A DNA stretch of 32,000 nucleotides from Deltaproteobacteria bacterium (GCA_016182335.1 JACOXK010000134.1:350-32349), one strand, 5' to 3'; positions 1-9,647 are shown, numbered from the stretch's first letter. Program-made: numbers and translations. Notes: generated by a model not told the origin, from the letters alone.

Positions 1-18
1 TTGACTTCAATTACCTAT

Positions 19-80
19 GACTATTTTGGCATGTAGGTCATAATAGACTTGACTATTTTGGCATATAGGTCATAATAGAC
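19..80. repeat. Tandem direct repeat of two 30-bp units (19-48 and 51-80) separated by TT. Each unit is an imperfect palindrome, GACTATTTTGGC-N6-GTCATAATAGAC.
   Basis: Read directly: the units differ at one base (ATGTAGG vs ATATAGG). The two arms of each unit match 9/12 as reverse complements. Confidence 0.85.
49..76 (+). promoter_or_regulatory. Putative sigma70-type promoter, TTGACT (49-54), 16-nt spacer, CATAAT (71-76)
   Basis: Hexamers and spacing read from the sequence. The promoter lies inside repeat unit 2. The ATG at 87 follows about 10 nt after the -10 box and has no Shine-Dalgarno. Confidence 0.4.
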
Positions 81-86
81 ATAACG

Positions 87-1238
87 ATGGATATTAAACG
101 TTATCTTCAGGCTCATCTGACAAAGGACCTTCAAAAGAAAATGGTTTTTTTGGGCGGACCCCGCCAATGTGGCAAAACAACTCTTGCAGAGCATATCCTC
201 AGAGACTTTCCTTACCATGCTGACAAAAAAGGCCTTTACTTGAATTGGGATGATGATGACCACCGTCAAAGAATACTAAAAAGAGAATGGAGTGATAATG
301 ATGAGTTGGTTTTTTTTGATGAGCTCCATAAATTTCACAGATGGAAAAATTGGATTAAAGGAACGTACGACACAACAAGGGCAAAACATCGATTTTTGGT
401 AACAGGAAGTGCTCGCTTAGATACTTACAAGAGAGGCGGCGATTCACTTTTGGGACGCTACCATTACTGGCGTCTGCATCCTTTAACTTTAGCAGAGTCT
501 ATCAAGGGTATTTCACAGGGTGATTATTTTAAAAGACTCATGACTGTTGGAGGTTTCCCTGAGCCATTTTTGGACAATAATGAAAGCGAAAGTAAAAGGT
601 GGCGTAAAGAAAGAATAGAGCGAGTTATTAAGGACGACATTCGTGATCTTGAACAGCTTCATAATATTTCTGCGCTTGGATTATTTTTGGATGCTTTAAG
701 GCGGCGAGTTGGAGGACAAATTGTCTTTTCAAATATCGAAGTAGATTTACAAGTTTCTCAGAAAACGCTTAAGAGATGGCTTGCGATTTTTGAAAATATG
801 TATCTGGTTTTTGCAGTGCGTCCATTCACAAAAAAACTTCCCCGCGCTATTCAAAAGCCTCCAAAAGTATATTTTTTTGATAATGCCGATGTCATGGGTG
901 ACGAAAGTCAGCGTTTTGAAAACTTAGTAGCAACCCATCTTCTTAAAAAGATTCATTTTTTGGAGGATAGCACGGGGGACTCTTATGAGCTCAGATATGT
1001 TCGTGACAAAGAGGGTCGTGAAGTCGATTTTTTAATTCTTCGTGAGGACAAACCCTACATGTTGATTGAAGCAAAACTCACAGATTCAACACCGCATAGA
1101 GCTTTACAGTATTATGCTGAAAAGTTGACTCCCAATTATGCTATTCAAATCGTTGCTTATCTTAAGCACCCATTTAATAAGGGAAAACTTTCTGTGCAAT
1201 CTCCCTTCGATGAACTCTCAAAACCGCTCACTCTATAG
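87..1238 (+). CDS. AAA+ ATPase with a C-terminal DUF4143 / PD-(D/E)xK-like domain
   Basis: Walker A GGPRQCGKTT, Walker B LVFFDELH, C-terminal GREVDFLI...MLIEAK nuclease-fold-like motif. 383-aa ORF. Confidence 0.8.
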   Translation: MDIKRYLQAHLTKDLQKKMVFLGGPRQCGKTTLAEHILRDFPYHADKKGLYLNWDDDDHRQRILKREWSDNDELVFFDELHKFHRWKNWIKGTYDTTRAKHRFLVTGSARLDTYKRGGDSLLGRYHYWRLHPLTLAESIKGISQGDYFKRLMTVGGFPEPFLDNNESESKRWRKERIERVIKDDIRDLEQLHNISALGLFLDALRRRVGGQIVFSNIEVDLQVSQKTLKRWLAIFENMYLVFAVRPFTKKLPRAIQKPPKVYFFDNADVMGDESQRFENLVATHLLKKIHFLEDSTGDSYELRYVRDKEGREVDFLILREDKPYMLIEAKLTDSTPHRALQYYAEKLTPNYAIQIVAYLKHPFNKGKLSVQSPFDELSKPLTL

Positions 1239-1383
1239 GTAAAAAAGTGAATAATTATAATCTTAAACGTGCCAAAAAATGATTTCAATATATTTCTATT
1301 TTATTATTTCTCAAAACAGTTTTTTCATGCATCGGTTTCATTGACAACATTTTAGTGAATGATACATCTTTTTGAGGTCTCAA

Positions 1384-2088
1384 ATGGAAGGGAAAAAGCT
1401 TGATTACTATTTTAAAATTATTAAAATCGTAACACCGTTTCTTCTTATAGGAGTTGGGGTTTTAGGATATGTCTCTTTGTATCCCAATCAATTCGTTGAC
1501 GTTGGATACGCACCTGTGCAGCCCATTGCATTTTCTCATAAATTGCATACGCGTGATCTTGAAATTTCATGCTTTTATTGTCATGGAAATACTCTTTCAT
1601 CATCGCATGCAAGTATTCCTTCAACTCAAACCTGCATGAATTGTCACAGTCTTGTGAAACCTGACAGCTCAGAAATACAGAAAATTCACAAAAGTTTTCA
1701 GAATAACAAACCTATCGAATGGATTAGAGTTCATAAGTTGGCTGATTTTGCCCATTTTAAGCACAATGTTCATATCCAAGCAGGCGTAGACTGCGCCAAT
1801 TGCCATGGGGATGTGAAATCAATGGATGTTATTCAACAAGTAAAGCCTATGAATATGAGCTTTTGTTTGGATTGTCATAGAGGGAAAACGGAAATTATAT
1901 GGGCAGACTGGAAAAAAACAACAGCAGAGAAATGGGAGCCGTATAAAGTGCCTGATCAGATTGCCACTTCCCCTGGATTCCCTCTATTGGCTGCGCCTAA
2001 AGGTGGGAATGACAGTGTGCTAGGTGGGTGGATTCAAGAGCATAAAAAAAGGGTTGCCAGTGACAGGTGTTCCAGCTGCCATTATTGA
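1384..2088 (+). CDS. actA: Alternative complex III subunit ActA, membrane-anchored pentaheme cytochrome c
   Basis: Five CxxCH motifs (CFYCH, CMNCH, CANCH, CLDCH, CSSCH) and an N-terminal TM helix. I prefer the ATG at 1384 (GAGG SD 6 nt upstream) over the TTG at 1372 in the ORF track. Confidence 0.85.
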   Translation: MEGKKLDYYFKIIKIVTPFLLIGVGVLGYVSLYPNQFVDVGYAPVQPIAFSHKLHTRDLEISCFYCHGNTLSSSHASIPSTQTCMNCHSLVKPDSSEIQKIHKSFQNNKPIEWIRVHKLADFAHFKHNVHIQAGVDCANCHGDVKSMDVIQQVKPMNMSFCLDCHRGKTEIIWADWKKTTAEKWEPYKVPDQIATSPGFPLLAAPKGGNDSVLGGWIQEHKKRVASDRCSSCHY

Positions 2089-2097
2089 GGAAAAAAC

Positions 2098-5000
2098 ATG
2101 AATAATTTTAAAATAGATATGGATTCTTCGGCTACGCCTCAGGATGACAAGATTGCCACGCCACCTGCGGTGGCTCGCAATGACGTTGCTCTGAATGAAG
2201 GAAATGGGCTGGATGTTACCAGAAGAGGGTTTCTTTCTTTGCTCGGAGCAAGTGTTGCCTTAGCAACCTCGGCTTGCCGCAAACCAGTTCATAAAATTCT
2301 TCCCTTTGTAAAAGAGCCAGAAAACCTCAAGCCAGGCATTTCCAAATACTATGCATCAACTTATCCTTTAGCTGGTACTTCTTATGGAGTCCTTGTTGAA
2401 ACAAGAGAAGGCAGACCTATCAAATTGGAAGGCAATCCTGATCATCCGTTAAGTCAGGGAGCTACTCATCACTTAGCGCAAGCTTCTATATTGGATGTGT
2501 ACGACTCAGACAGAAAAAAATATCCAACTATCGGTGCAAGTCGTGTCAGCTGGGAACAGTGGATTGAGGTCACGTCGACAATACTTAAGAATGCACAAAA
2601 TAAAAATAAAAGAGTGTGTGTTCTTCATGAGTCATCTGCAAGCCCCACTTTACAAGAGGTTTTAAGAAAGTTCTCGAATCAATTTAAGAACATCAGCGTT
2701 ATTGAATTTGAGCCAACATCTTCTGAAAATGAAACTATTGCTTTTGAAGAGTGTTTTGGTCTTTCTAGCATTCCACAGCCAAAGCTGGACAAAGCTTCAG
2801 TGATTTTAAGCTTGAATAGTGATTTTTTAGGAGATCCTCGAAACAATGTTTCTTCTATCAAAGAATGGACGAAAACACGTAAAATACCCTTACAACAAAA
2901 TTCCATGAGTCGGCTTTACAGTGTTGAGAGTTTCTTGTCTCTAACGGGAACAAACGCCGATCATCGATTGGCCCTCAAACCTTCGCAACTTTTAGAGTTT
3001 GCCTTGGGGTTGGCAACAATTCTCATAGAAGAATATCAAATAGGTGATAAAAATCTCATACCCATTTTTGAGAAAGTTTCACGCCCTACATACTCTTCTG
3101 CCTACTCTGAAGCTTTTTTGAAAACTCTGGCTTTAGATCTCTCTGAAAACATTGGCAAAAGCCTTGTTCTTGTTGGTCCTCAAGAATCCAAAGAACTTCA
3201 CATTGCAGGCCTCCTTCTCAATGCTCTTTTGAAGAGTTTCTCTAACACTTTGAATTTAAAAAATTATACAACCCGGTCAAAAAACGGCTATGGGAAAATT
3301 AAAAATTTCCTTGAGGATCTTAAACACAATAAAGTTGATGTTTTAGTAACTCTCGGTGGAAACCCTGCTTACCATTTTGGCGAAGCATTCAGCATTCCTG
3401 CCCAAAAAATTCAAAATAATATTCGCTTGAGTCTTTATGAGGATGAAACTTCACAAGTCACTCGTTATGATGCACCCCTCTCTCATTTTTTAGAGTCATG
3501 GGACGATTCAAAGCCTACTTCGACATCTTTTAGCATTCATCAACCGACTTTAAGGTCTTTGTACCAATCACGATGCACGGGGGAGATGCTTTTGGAGTGG
3601 CAAGCGCATCTTGAGAATATAACGATTCTTCCAACGGAAGCATGGATTTCTGAAATCAAAAATAATTTTAAGCACAATTGGAATGAAATTCTCCAAAAGG
3701 GGTATATAAACGTGGATTCAACACCTCTTGCATTGAGCCCAATTAATGTTTCTGCTGTGAGCAGGATGATCGATGAAGGAAAATATCGATCCTTCGGGCT
3801 TCGCCGCCCTCAGAATGACAAAAAAAACAAGCAGGATGACCCGTCTTCGCCTCATGGCTTCGACGAGGCAAGCAATCACAATGACGCAGTTATTGAACTG
3901 CAGTTTGAGATAAGTCATGCAACGTTTGACGGACGTTTTGCCAATAACGGTTGGTTACAAGAGCTCCCCCACCCCGTTACAAAAATAACTTGGGATAACG
4001 TGGCAAACATGTCTTCAAAAACAGCGCAAACACTGAACCTTAAAAACGAAGATGTGATCGAACTTGCATACGGCAATAAAATTTTAAGCCTTCCCGTTTT
4101 TATTCAGCAAGGCTTGGCAGAGGGTGTTATCACGACTCAAATTGGTTATGGAAGAACGCATGCTGGGCATGTCGGCTCAAACATTGGTAGCAACGTGTTT
4201 CCGCTTCTTATGGCTTCTGATTTTTCTTGGTCTCTGACACAAAATGTTTCCATCAATAAAACAGGAAAAACTTATAAAATAGCAACGACACAAAAGCATG
4301 CCGATCTTATGGGCCGCCCTATTGCTCATGAAGCAGCTCTTGATGATTATAAAAATAATCCTGATTTTCCAAAACAAGACGATCATAGTGAGTCATTTGA
4401 TCTTTACAAAAAAGAACATACTTATCCAGGGCATAAATGGGGAATGAGCATTGATCTGACAAGTTGTGTCGGATGCAATGCCTGCGTTACGGCTTGTAAT
4501 ACAGAGAACAACGTTCCTGTCGTTGGAAAAGACCAGGTGTTGAAGGGTCGAGAAATGCATTGGATTCGAATTGATAGATACTATCGAGAAACAGAACAAG
4601 AATCCCCGGCAGTTATTCATGAGCCCATGCTGTGCCAGCACTGTGAAGACGCACCTTGTGAAAATGTCTGCCCTGTGAATGCTACAACACACAGTGAAGA
4701 GGGTTTGAATGAGATGACATACAATCGTTGTATTGGCACTCGATATTGCTCCAACAACTGCCCTTATAAAGTTCGAAGATTTAACTTCTTTGATTACACA
4801 GATGACATTTTAACTCCTGAGGAACTGGGAAAAAATCCAGATGTCACAATACGCATGAGAGGTGTGATGGAAAAATGCACTTTCTGCGTTCAAAGAATTC
4901 AAGAAGCGCGAATAGATGCAAAAAGTCATGGGCACGAAAGAATCTCCGATGGGGGCGTAAAATCTGCCTGCCAACAAGTTTGTCCTGCAGATGCTATTGT

Positions 5001-5160
5001 TTTTGGTGATTTGAATGACCCATCTTCGCAAGTTGCGAAACTTTCAAAATCTCCTCACGGATTTCATATTTTACAACATTTGAATACAAAACCGTCCATA
5101 ACTTATTTAGCTAAAATTAGAAATCCTCATCCAAACTTAAAGGAGTTTGAATCATTATGA
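2098..5160 (+). CDS. actB: ACIII subunit ActB, a fusion of a molybdopterin-oxidoreductase-like domain and a 4Fe-4S ferredoxin-like domain
   Basis: Tat-type signal TRRGFLSLLGASVALA, a long MopB-like N-terminal part, and C-terminal Cys clusters (CVGCNACVTAC, CQHCEDAPCENVCP, CIGTRYCSNNCP, CTFC). Position after actA. Confidence 0.9.
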   Translation: MNNFKIDMDSSATPQDDKIATPPAVARNDVALNEGNGLDVTRRGFLSLLGASVALATSACRKPVHKILPFVKEPENLKPGISKYYASTYPLAGTSYGVLVETREGRPIKLEGNPDHPLSQGATHHLAQASILDVYDSDRKKYPTIGASRVSWEQWIEVTSTILKNAQNKNKRVCVLHESSASPTLQEVLRKFSNQFKNISVIEFEPTSSENETIAFEECFGLSSIPQPKLDKASVILSLNSDFLGDPRNNVSSIKEWTKTRKIPLQQNSMSRLYSVESFLSLTGTNADHRLALKPSQLLEFALGLATILIEEYQIGDKNLIPIFEKVSRPTYSSAYSEAFLKTLALDLSENIGKSLVLVGPQESKELHIAGLLLNALLKSFSNTLNLKNYTTRSKNGYGKIKNFLEDLKHNKVDVLVTLGGNPAYHFGEAFSIPAQKIQNNIRLSLYEDETSQVTRYDAPLSHFLESWDDSKPTSTSFSIHQPTLRSLYQSRCTGEMLLEWQAHLENITILPTEAWISEIKNNFKHNWNEILQKGYINVDSTPLALSPINVSAVSRMIDEGKYRSFGLRRPQNDKKNKQDDPSSPHGFDEASNHNDAVIELQFEISHATFDGRFANNGWLQELPHPVTKITWDNVANMSSKTAQTLNLKNEDVIELAYGNKILSLPVFIQQGLAEGVITTQIGYGRTHAGHVGSNIGSNVFPLLMASDFSWSLTQNVSINKTGKTYKIATTQKHADLMGRPIAHEAALDDYKNNPDFPKQDDHSESFDLYKKEHTYPGHKWGMSIDLTSCVGCNACVTACNTENNVPVVGKDQVLKGREMHWIRIDRYYRETEQESPAVIHEPMLCQHCEDAPCENVCPVNATTHSEEGLNEMTYNRCIGTRYCSNNCPYKVRRFNFFDYTDDILTPEELGKNPDVTIRMRGVMEKCTFCVQRIQEARIDAKSHGHERISDGGVKSACQQVCPADAIVFGDLNDPSSQVAKLSKSPHGFHILQHLNTKPSITYLAKIRNPHPNLKEFESL

Positions 5161-6545
5161 ATCAGGCCACAACACCTGAAATATTGGGATGTGAGCCCCT
5201 TATCATTGGGCACAAGTCCCGAGCTGAAATCACAGAACTCGTAGCTCATCCGCTGGACCACTTTCCAAACAAAATCTGGTTTGCTCTTCTGGCTGTGAGT
5301 CTCTCTGCATTTGCTATAGGACTTGGATGCATAGCATGGCTTATTTATAAAGGGATTGGCGTGTGGGGAAACAATAACCCGGTGGGCTGGGGTTTTGATA
5401 TCGTCAATTTTGTTTTTTGGATTGGCATTGGCCATGCTGGAACTTTGATCTCTGCCATTCTTTTCTTATTTCGACAGAAATGGAGATGCGCCATTAACAG
5501 AGCTGCAGAAGCCATGACGATTTTTGCTGTCATGTGTGCAGGAATTTTTCCTGCCATTCACGTGGGCCGCGTATGGTTTGCATGGTATCTTTTCCCACTT
5601 CCAACTCAGCAGAATCTCTGGGTCAACTTTCGATCCCCTCTACTTTGGGACGTTTTTGCGGTATCCACTTATCTAACCGTATCAGCTTTATTCTGGTACA
5701 TGGGATTGGTTCCTGATCTTGCTACCTTAAGAGATCGAACAAAAAATCCTGTTAAAAAAACAATTTATTCGATTTTAAGTCTAGGATGGAGAGGAGCCTC
5801 TAGGCAATGGAAACACTATGAGTCGGCCTATATGATATTTGCAGGGCTCTCAACGCCTCTTGTTCTTTCAGTCCACTCTATTGTGAGCTTTGACTTTGCA
5901 ACCTCCGTTATGCCAGGCTGGCACACCACTATTTTCCCACCGTATTTTGTTGTTGGCGCTATTTTTGGTGGGTTTGCCATGGTGCTGCTTCTCCTCTCTG
6001 TTACGAGAAAAGTTTTTCATTTTGAAAATATCATCACAATATCGCATCTGGACGCCATGAATAAGATTATTCTTTTCTGCAGCCTTGTGATTGGGCTTGC
6101 ATATGCGACAGAGTTTTTCATTGCCTGGTACAGCAGCAACTCATTTGAATACTACACGTTTGTAAACCGCATGCTTGGGCCCTATGGATGGTGCTATTGG
6201 ATCATGGTTTTATGCAATGTTATGGCACCCCAAATTATGTGGTTTCGAAAGTATCGACGAAATATACTGGTTATGATTATTGTTTCATTTTTAGTTACGA
6301 TTGGTATGTGGTTTGAGCGTTTTGTTATCATCGCAACTTCTCTTTCAAGGGACTATTTACCAAGCTCTTGGGATATGTATTATCCAACGCGCTTTGATTT
6401 TGGGGTTCTCTTGGGTTCTTTTGGGTTGTTTTTTACTTTGTATCTTATTTTTGTAAGGGTTTTACCTGCACTTTCGGTCAGTGAATTAAAAGGCATTCTG
6501 AAATCAAGTAACCCTAAAGGTGAGGTGGATGATGTTCAAGCTTAA
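5157..6545 (+). CDS. actC: ACIII subunit ActC, NrfD/PsrC-like polytopic quinol-interacting membrane subunit
   Basis: Highly hydrophobic 462-aa ORF, ATGA overlap with actB, AAGGAG SD upstream, operon position. Confidence 0.9.
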   Translation: MNQATTPEILGCEPLIIGHKSRAEITELVAHPLDHFPNKIWFALLAVSLSAFAIGLGCIAWLIYKGIGVWGNNNPVGWGFDIVNFVFWIGIGHAGTLISAILFLFRQKWRCAINRAAEAMTIFAVMCAGIFPAIHVGRVWFAWYLFPLPTQQNLWVNFRSPLLWDVFAVSTYLTVSALFWYMGLVPDLATLRDRTKNPVKKTIYSILSLGWRGASRQWKHYESAYMIFAGLSTPLVLSVHSIVSFDFATSVMPGWHTTIFPPYFVVGAIFGGFAMVLLLLSVTRKVFHFENIITISHLDAMNKIILFCSLVIGLAYATEFFIAWYSSNSFEYYTFVNRMLGPYGWCYWIMVLCNVMAPQIMWFRKYRRNILVMIIVSFLVTIGMWFERFVIIATSLSRDYLPSSWDMYYPTRFDFGVLLGSFGLFFTLYLIFVRVLPALSVSELKGILKSSNPKGEVDDVQA

Positions 6546-7101
6546 GCCCAAAACTCCTTTCAAACAAATTCATCCACACAGTGGAATTGCGGCCCAATTC
6601 GGTGAGCCCAACCACCTTCTTGACGCTGTGAAAAGATTGAAAAAAGAAGGTTTGAACGAAATAGAAGTTTTCACACCCTATCCTGTTCATGGCATTGACG
6701 CTATTTTGGAGGAGAAAAGGTCTAAAATCCCTTGGGTTAGTTTTATTGCCGGTTTTGTTGGCTTATTGGTTGCACTTCTCATGCAATGGTGGATGAGCGG
6801 CGTTGATTACAGACTTAATATTGGAGGCAAGCCGTTTTTTTCAGGCCCTGCTTTTGTGCCCATTATGTTTGAAGTAGCCGTTTTATTTTCTGCATTGGCA
6901 ACGTTTGTTGTTGTTTGGGGTGCCTGTGGGCTTCCAAAATTTTCAAGCGTCTTCGAAAAAGACCATCGCGCTTTGAGGTCCACTAATGATGAATTCCTAG
7001 TTTACTGTGACCGCTCAGATCATAGATTTGATGCTGCTCGCATTGAAGAAATCCTCAAAAACTCTGAGGCATTTGATATTAGGGTGGTGGGCGAGTTATG
7101 A
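6529..7101 (+). CDS. actD: ACIII subunit ActD (DUF3341-type membrane protein)
   Basis: Size, two central TM helices and operon position. Start chosen at ATG 6529 or 6532, after the GGTGAGG SD, rather than the GTG at 6520. Confidence 0.75.
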   Translation: MMFKLKPKTPFKQIHPHSGIAAQFGEPNHLLDAVKRLKKEGLNEIEVFTPYPVHGIDAILEEKRSKIPWVSFIAGFVGLLVALLMQWWMSGVDYRLNIGGKPFFSGPAFVPIMFEVAVLFSALATFVVVWGACGLPKFSSVFEKDHRALRSTNDEFLVYCDRSDHRFDAARIEEILKNSEAFDIRVVGEL

Positions 7102-7775
7102 GTTTTTATGCCATCTCTCAGGCGCTTCGATATTTTTCTCGGGCACGCGATCGTTTTTTCCAGCGTATAAAACGTCGCTCGGCTCTCGGCTTTGCTCTTT
7201 CACTACGCCGCAAGTGGCTTCGTGAAAACCATGCCCGCAAACCCTCCGAGACGTCCCTCGAAAAACATCAAGTCGCCCTGAGTTTCCTGCACATTATTTT
7301 ATTTGTTGGATTGTGTGGTGGTTGTCAGAGATCTTTTGAGAATCCACCCCTGAGGGTTTTTCCAGACATGGATGACCAAAAAAAAGTAAAACCTCAATCA
7401 AAGTTTTCTTTTTTCGAAGGTGGCCAATCTTTGCAATATCCAATTGAGGGAACTGTTGCCCGAAATGATTTGGATTTCACTAAAAATAAAAACGTCGACT
7501 ATGGAAAATTTCTTTACTCTAGTTACTGTCTACCCTGTCACGGTATCACTGGCGAAGGATATGGCCCTGTTTCAAAACGAGAAATAGCCGCCCTTTTAAG
7601 ACCACCGTCTTTAAAAGATGGAATAACTCGTACTTGGTCTGATGAACAGATTCATCAATTGATCACACAGGGCAGAGGCCGCATGGGCTCTTACGCTCAT
7701 CTTATAAACTCTGAAGACCGTTGGGCTGTCGTAGGCTACATAAGACAATTACAAAAAAAAGGTGGAGCAAAGTAA
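7098..7775 (+). CDS. actE: ACIII subunit ActE, monoheme cytochrome c lipoprotein, with an atypical Arg-rich N-terminal extension of about 60 aa
   Basis: Single CLPCH heme motif and a lipobox-like LFVGLC with Cys at residue 73. The ATG at 7098 overlaps the actD stop (ATGA). No other in-frame ATG, GTG or TTG lies before the lipobox. Confidence 0.7.
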   Translation: MSFYAISQALRYFSRARDRFFQRIKRRSALGFALSLRRKWLRENHARKPSETSLEKHQVALSFLHIILFVGLCGGCQRSFENPPLRVFPDMDDQKKVKPQSKFSFFEGGQSLQYPIEGTVARNDLDFTKNKNVDYGKFLYSSYCLPCHGITGEGYGPVSKREIAALLRPPSLKDGITRTWSDEQIHQLITQGRGRMGSYAHLINSEDRWAVVGYIRQLQKKGGAK

Positions 7776-8969
7776 ATGCCGCATAAACTTAAAAACACAG
7801 ATCTTTACATTCAACCTCACAGTGGGGTGACGTTTGTTAAAACCGTCAATTTATCTTTATTTCTGCTAACTTCAGCGCATTTCATCGTTTCAGCGTTTGT
7901 GGATATTCACAGAGTCATGTTTAATTATCTCTTTAGTTTATCGATTGTCCTATCTCTTATTCTTGGCGGTTTTTTCTTTACGATGCTTCATCATGCTACA
8001 AAATCCAAATGGAGTGTTGTTGTTCGGCGCATAAGTGAATCTTTTACATCCCTTGTTCCTTTTGGTGTTTTACTTATTCTTCCATTGCTGGTTGGAATTC
8101 CCCATCTATACGAATGGTCCAATGCACAGCATCTTTCCCATGATGTTGCTCTGCAAAGCAAATCGCACTATCTCAACATTCCATTTTTTGCTATACGATC
8201 CTTAAGCTACATGCTTATTCTGTGGTTTCTTTATATAAAAGTCATTAAACCATCTTACGAGCAAGACTATACTGAAAACATTCAAACCACTGCTCACTTG
8301 TGGAAATGGAGCTGCATTGGTCTTTTTCTTTTTGGTTTAACAGTTCAATTTCTCTCCTTTGACTGGCTCATGTCACTCTCCCCTCATTGGTTTAGTACTA
8401 TTTTTGGCGTGTACGTGTTTTCAGGATGTGTTGTTGGTGGTTTATCCGCCATGATTCTTGTTATTGCACTGCTACGCTACTTTGGTTACATGGCCATGGT
8501 CACGGAACATCATCTTCATGATTTGGGAAAACTTCTTTTTGGTCTTAACGTTTTTTGGGCTTACATTGCATTTTCCCAATACATGCTGATTTGGTATGGC
8601 AACATGCCCGAAGAAACTGTTTTTTTTATAGTGCGTCAGACCGGCGAATGGAAAAACTTTTCACTTATTCTTCCCATAGGACATTTCGTCATTCCGTTTT
8701 TATTTCTGATTTCACGTTCTGTTAAAAGAAATATTATTCTTTTAAGTTTTGGCGCTTTTTGGCTTCTTCTGATGCACTGTGCAGATTTATTCTGGCTCAT
8801 CATGCCCAATTTCTCAAAAGAAAAAGTGCCTTTTGGAAGTCTTGAAATAGGGGCTTTTGTATGGGGATTAAGTCTATTTCTGTTTGCTGCGCTTTCAAAA
8901 TTACAGAAAAATGCTTTGGTCCCTATCAGAGACCCTCATCTAGCTGATTCCATCAATTTTCATCAGTAA
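7776..8969 (+). CDS. actF: ACIII subunit ActF, second NrfD-like polytopic membrane subunit
   Basis: Roughly 10 hydrophobic segments. Starts on the base right after the actE stop. Operon position. Confidence 0.8.
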   Translation: MPHKLKNTDLYIQPHSGVTFVKTVNLSLFLLTSAHFIVSAFVDIHRVMFNYLFSLSIVLSLILGGFFFTMLHHATKSKWSVVVRRISESFTSLVPFGVLLILPLLVGIPHLYEWSNAQHLSHDVALQSKSHYLNIPFFAIRSLSYMLILWFLYIKVIKPSYEQDYTENIQTTAHLWKWSCIGLFLFGLTVQFLSFDWLMSLSPHWFSTIFGVYVFSGCVVGGLSAMILVIALLRYFGYMAMVTEHHLHDLGKLLFGLNVFWAYIAFSQYMLIWYGNMPEETVFFIVRQTGEWKNFSLILPIGHFVIPFLFLISRSVKRNIILLSFGAFWLLLMHCADLFWLIMPNFSKEKVPFGSLEIGAFVWGLSLFLFAALSKLQKNALVPIRDPHLADSINFHQ

Positions 8970-8975
8970 TTGCAC

Positions 8976-9647
8976 TTAGGAATGCTTATATAGTCTGGTC
9001 TTAGGCTCTGCTTGGGGCATTTTTTGTAATTGATGGGCGTTGATAAAAACATCCACTGTTTTTTCATCAAATTGTGTTCCTGCACAGCGACGCAATTCAG
9101 CATAGGCAAGTTCAGCGGACATTGCTTTTCGATAAGGCCTGTCCGATGTCATAGCATCAAAAGCGTCAGCTACGGCAATTATCCTTGAAGGAAGAGGAAT
9201 ATTTTCTGCCTTTAAACCATCAGGGTATCCCAACCCATCGACTCTTTCTTGGTGGGATCTAACCCATTGAGCTACATTTTTAAGGGAACTTACCTCACAT
9301 AGAATTTCAAAACTATGAATGGGGTGTTGTTTGATGATTTCAAATTCTTCATCTGTAAGTCCAGAAGGCTTATTAAGAATTTCAAGTGGAGTTCCTATTT
9401 TTCCAATATCGTGCAATAAAGCCGCTAGTTCTATTTCATGAAGAATGGCTTGAGAAAATGAAAAGTTTCTTGCAACCATTAATGAATAATAAGCCACACG
9501 CCTTGAGTGCCCCAAAGTGTATTTATCTTTGGCTTCTAAAGTTTTGATAATAGCATTGAGAGCCTCTTCGACTATTTTTTTATTTTGCGCTTTAAGTCTC
9601 TCAACTTCTTTGCTTAACTTTAAAATCAACTCATCTCTTCCATCCAT
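8976..9647 (-). CDS. HD-GYP domain protein, a likely c-di-GMP phosphodiesterase, with only a short coiled-coil N-terminus
   Basis: Motifs HSRRV, LLHDIGK and HQERVDGLGYPDG. AGGGAG SD before the ATG at 9647. Confidence 0.85.
   Translation of the reverse strand: MDGRDELILKLSKEVERLKAQNKKIVEEALNAIIKTLEAKDKYTLGHSRRVAYYSLMVARNFSFSQAILHEIELAALLHDIGKIGTPLEILNKPSGLTDEEFEIIKQHPIHSFEILCEVSSLKNVAQWVRSHQERVDGLGYPDGLKAENIPLPSRIIAVADAFDAMTSDRPYRKAMSAELAYAELRRCAGTQFDEKTVDVFINAHQLQKMPQAEPKTRLYKHS

Noticed and set aside
21-269. The 82-aa minus-strand ORF and the many other 60-140-aa track ORFs lying antisense to or overlapping well-supported genes, for example 2679-2906, 4393-4692, 10083-10385, 21419-21721, 29016-29444 and 31204-31449.
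   Set aside because: All sit inside or opposite long ORFs with clear family motifs. They have odd, low-complexity composition and no RBS. They are typical shadow ORFs of AT-rich DNA.
87-1238. The AAA+/DUF4143 ATPase as part of a defence island or mobile element.
   Set aside because: No nuclease, methylase, integrase, transposase or other defence-type partner is visible. The downstream gene is the core ACIII operon. The upstream context lies outside the window.
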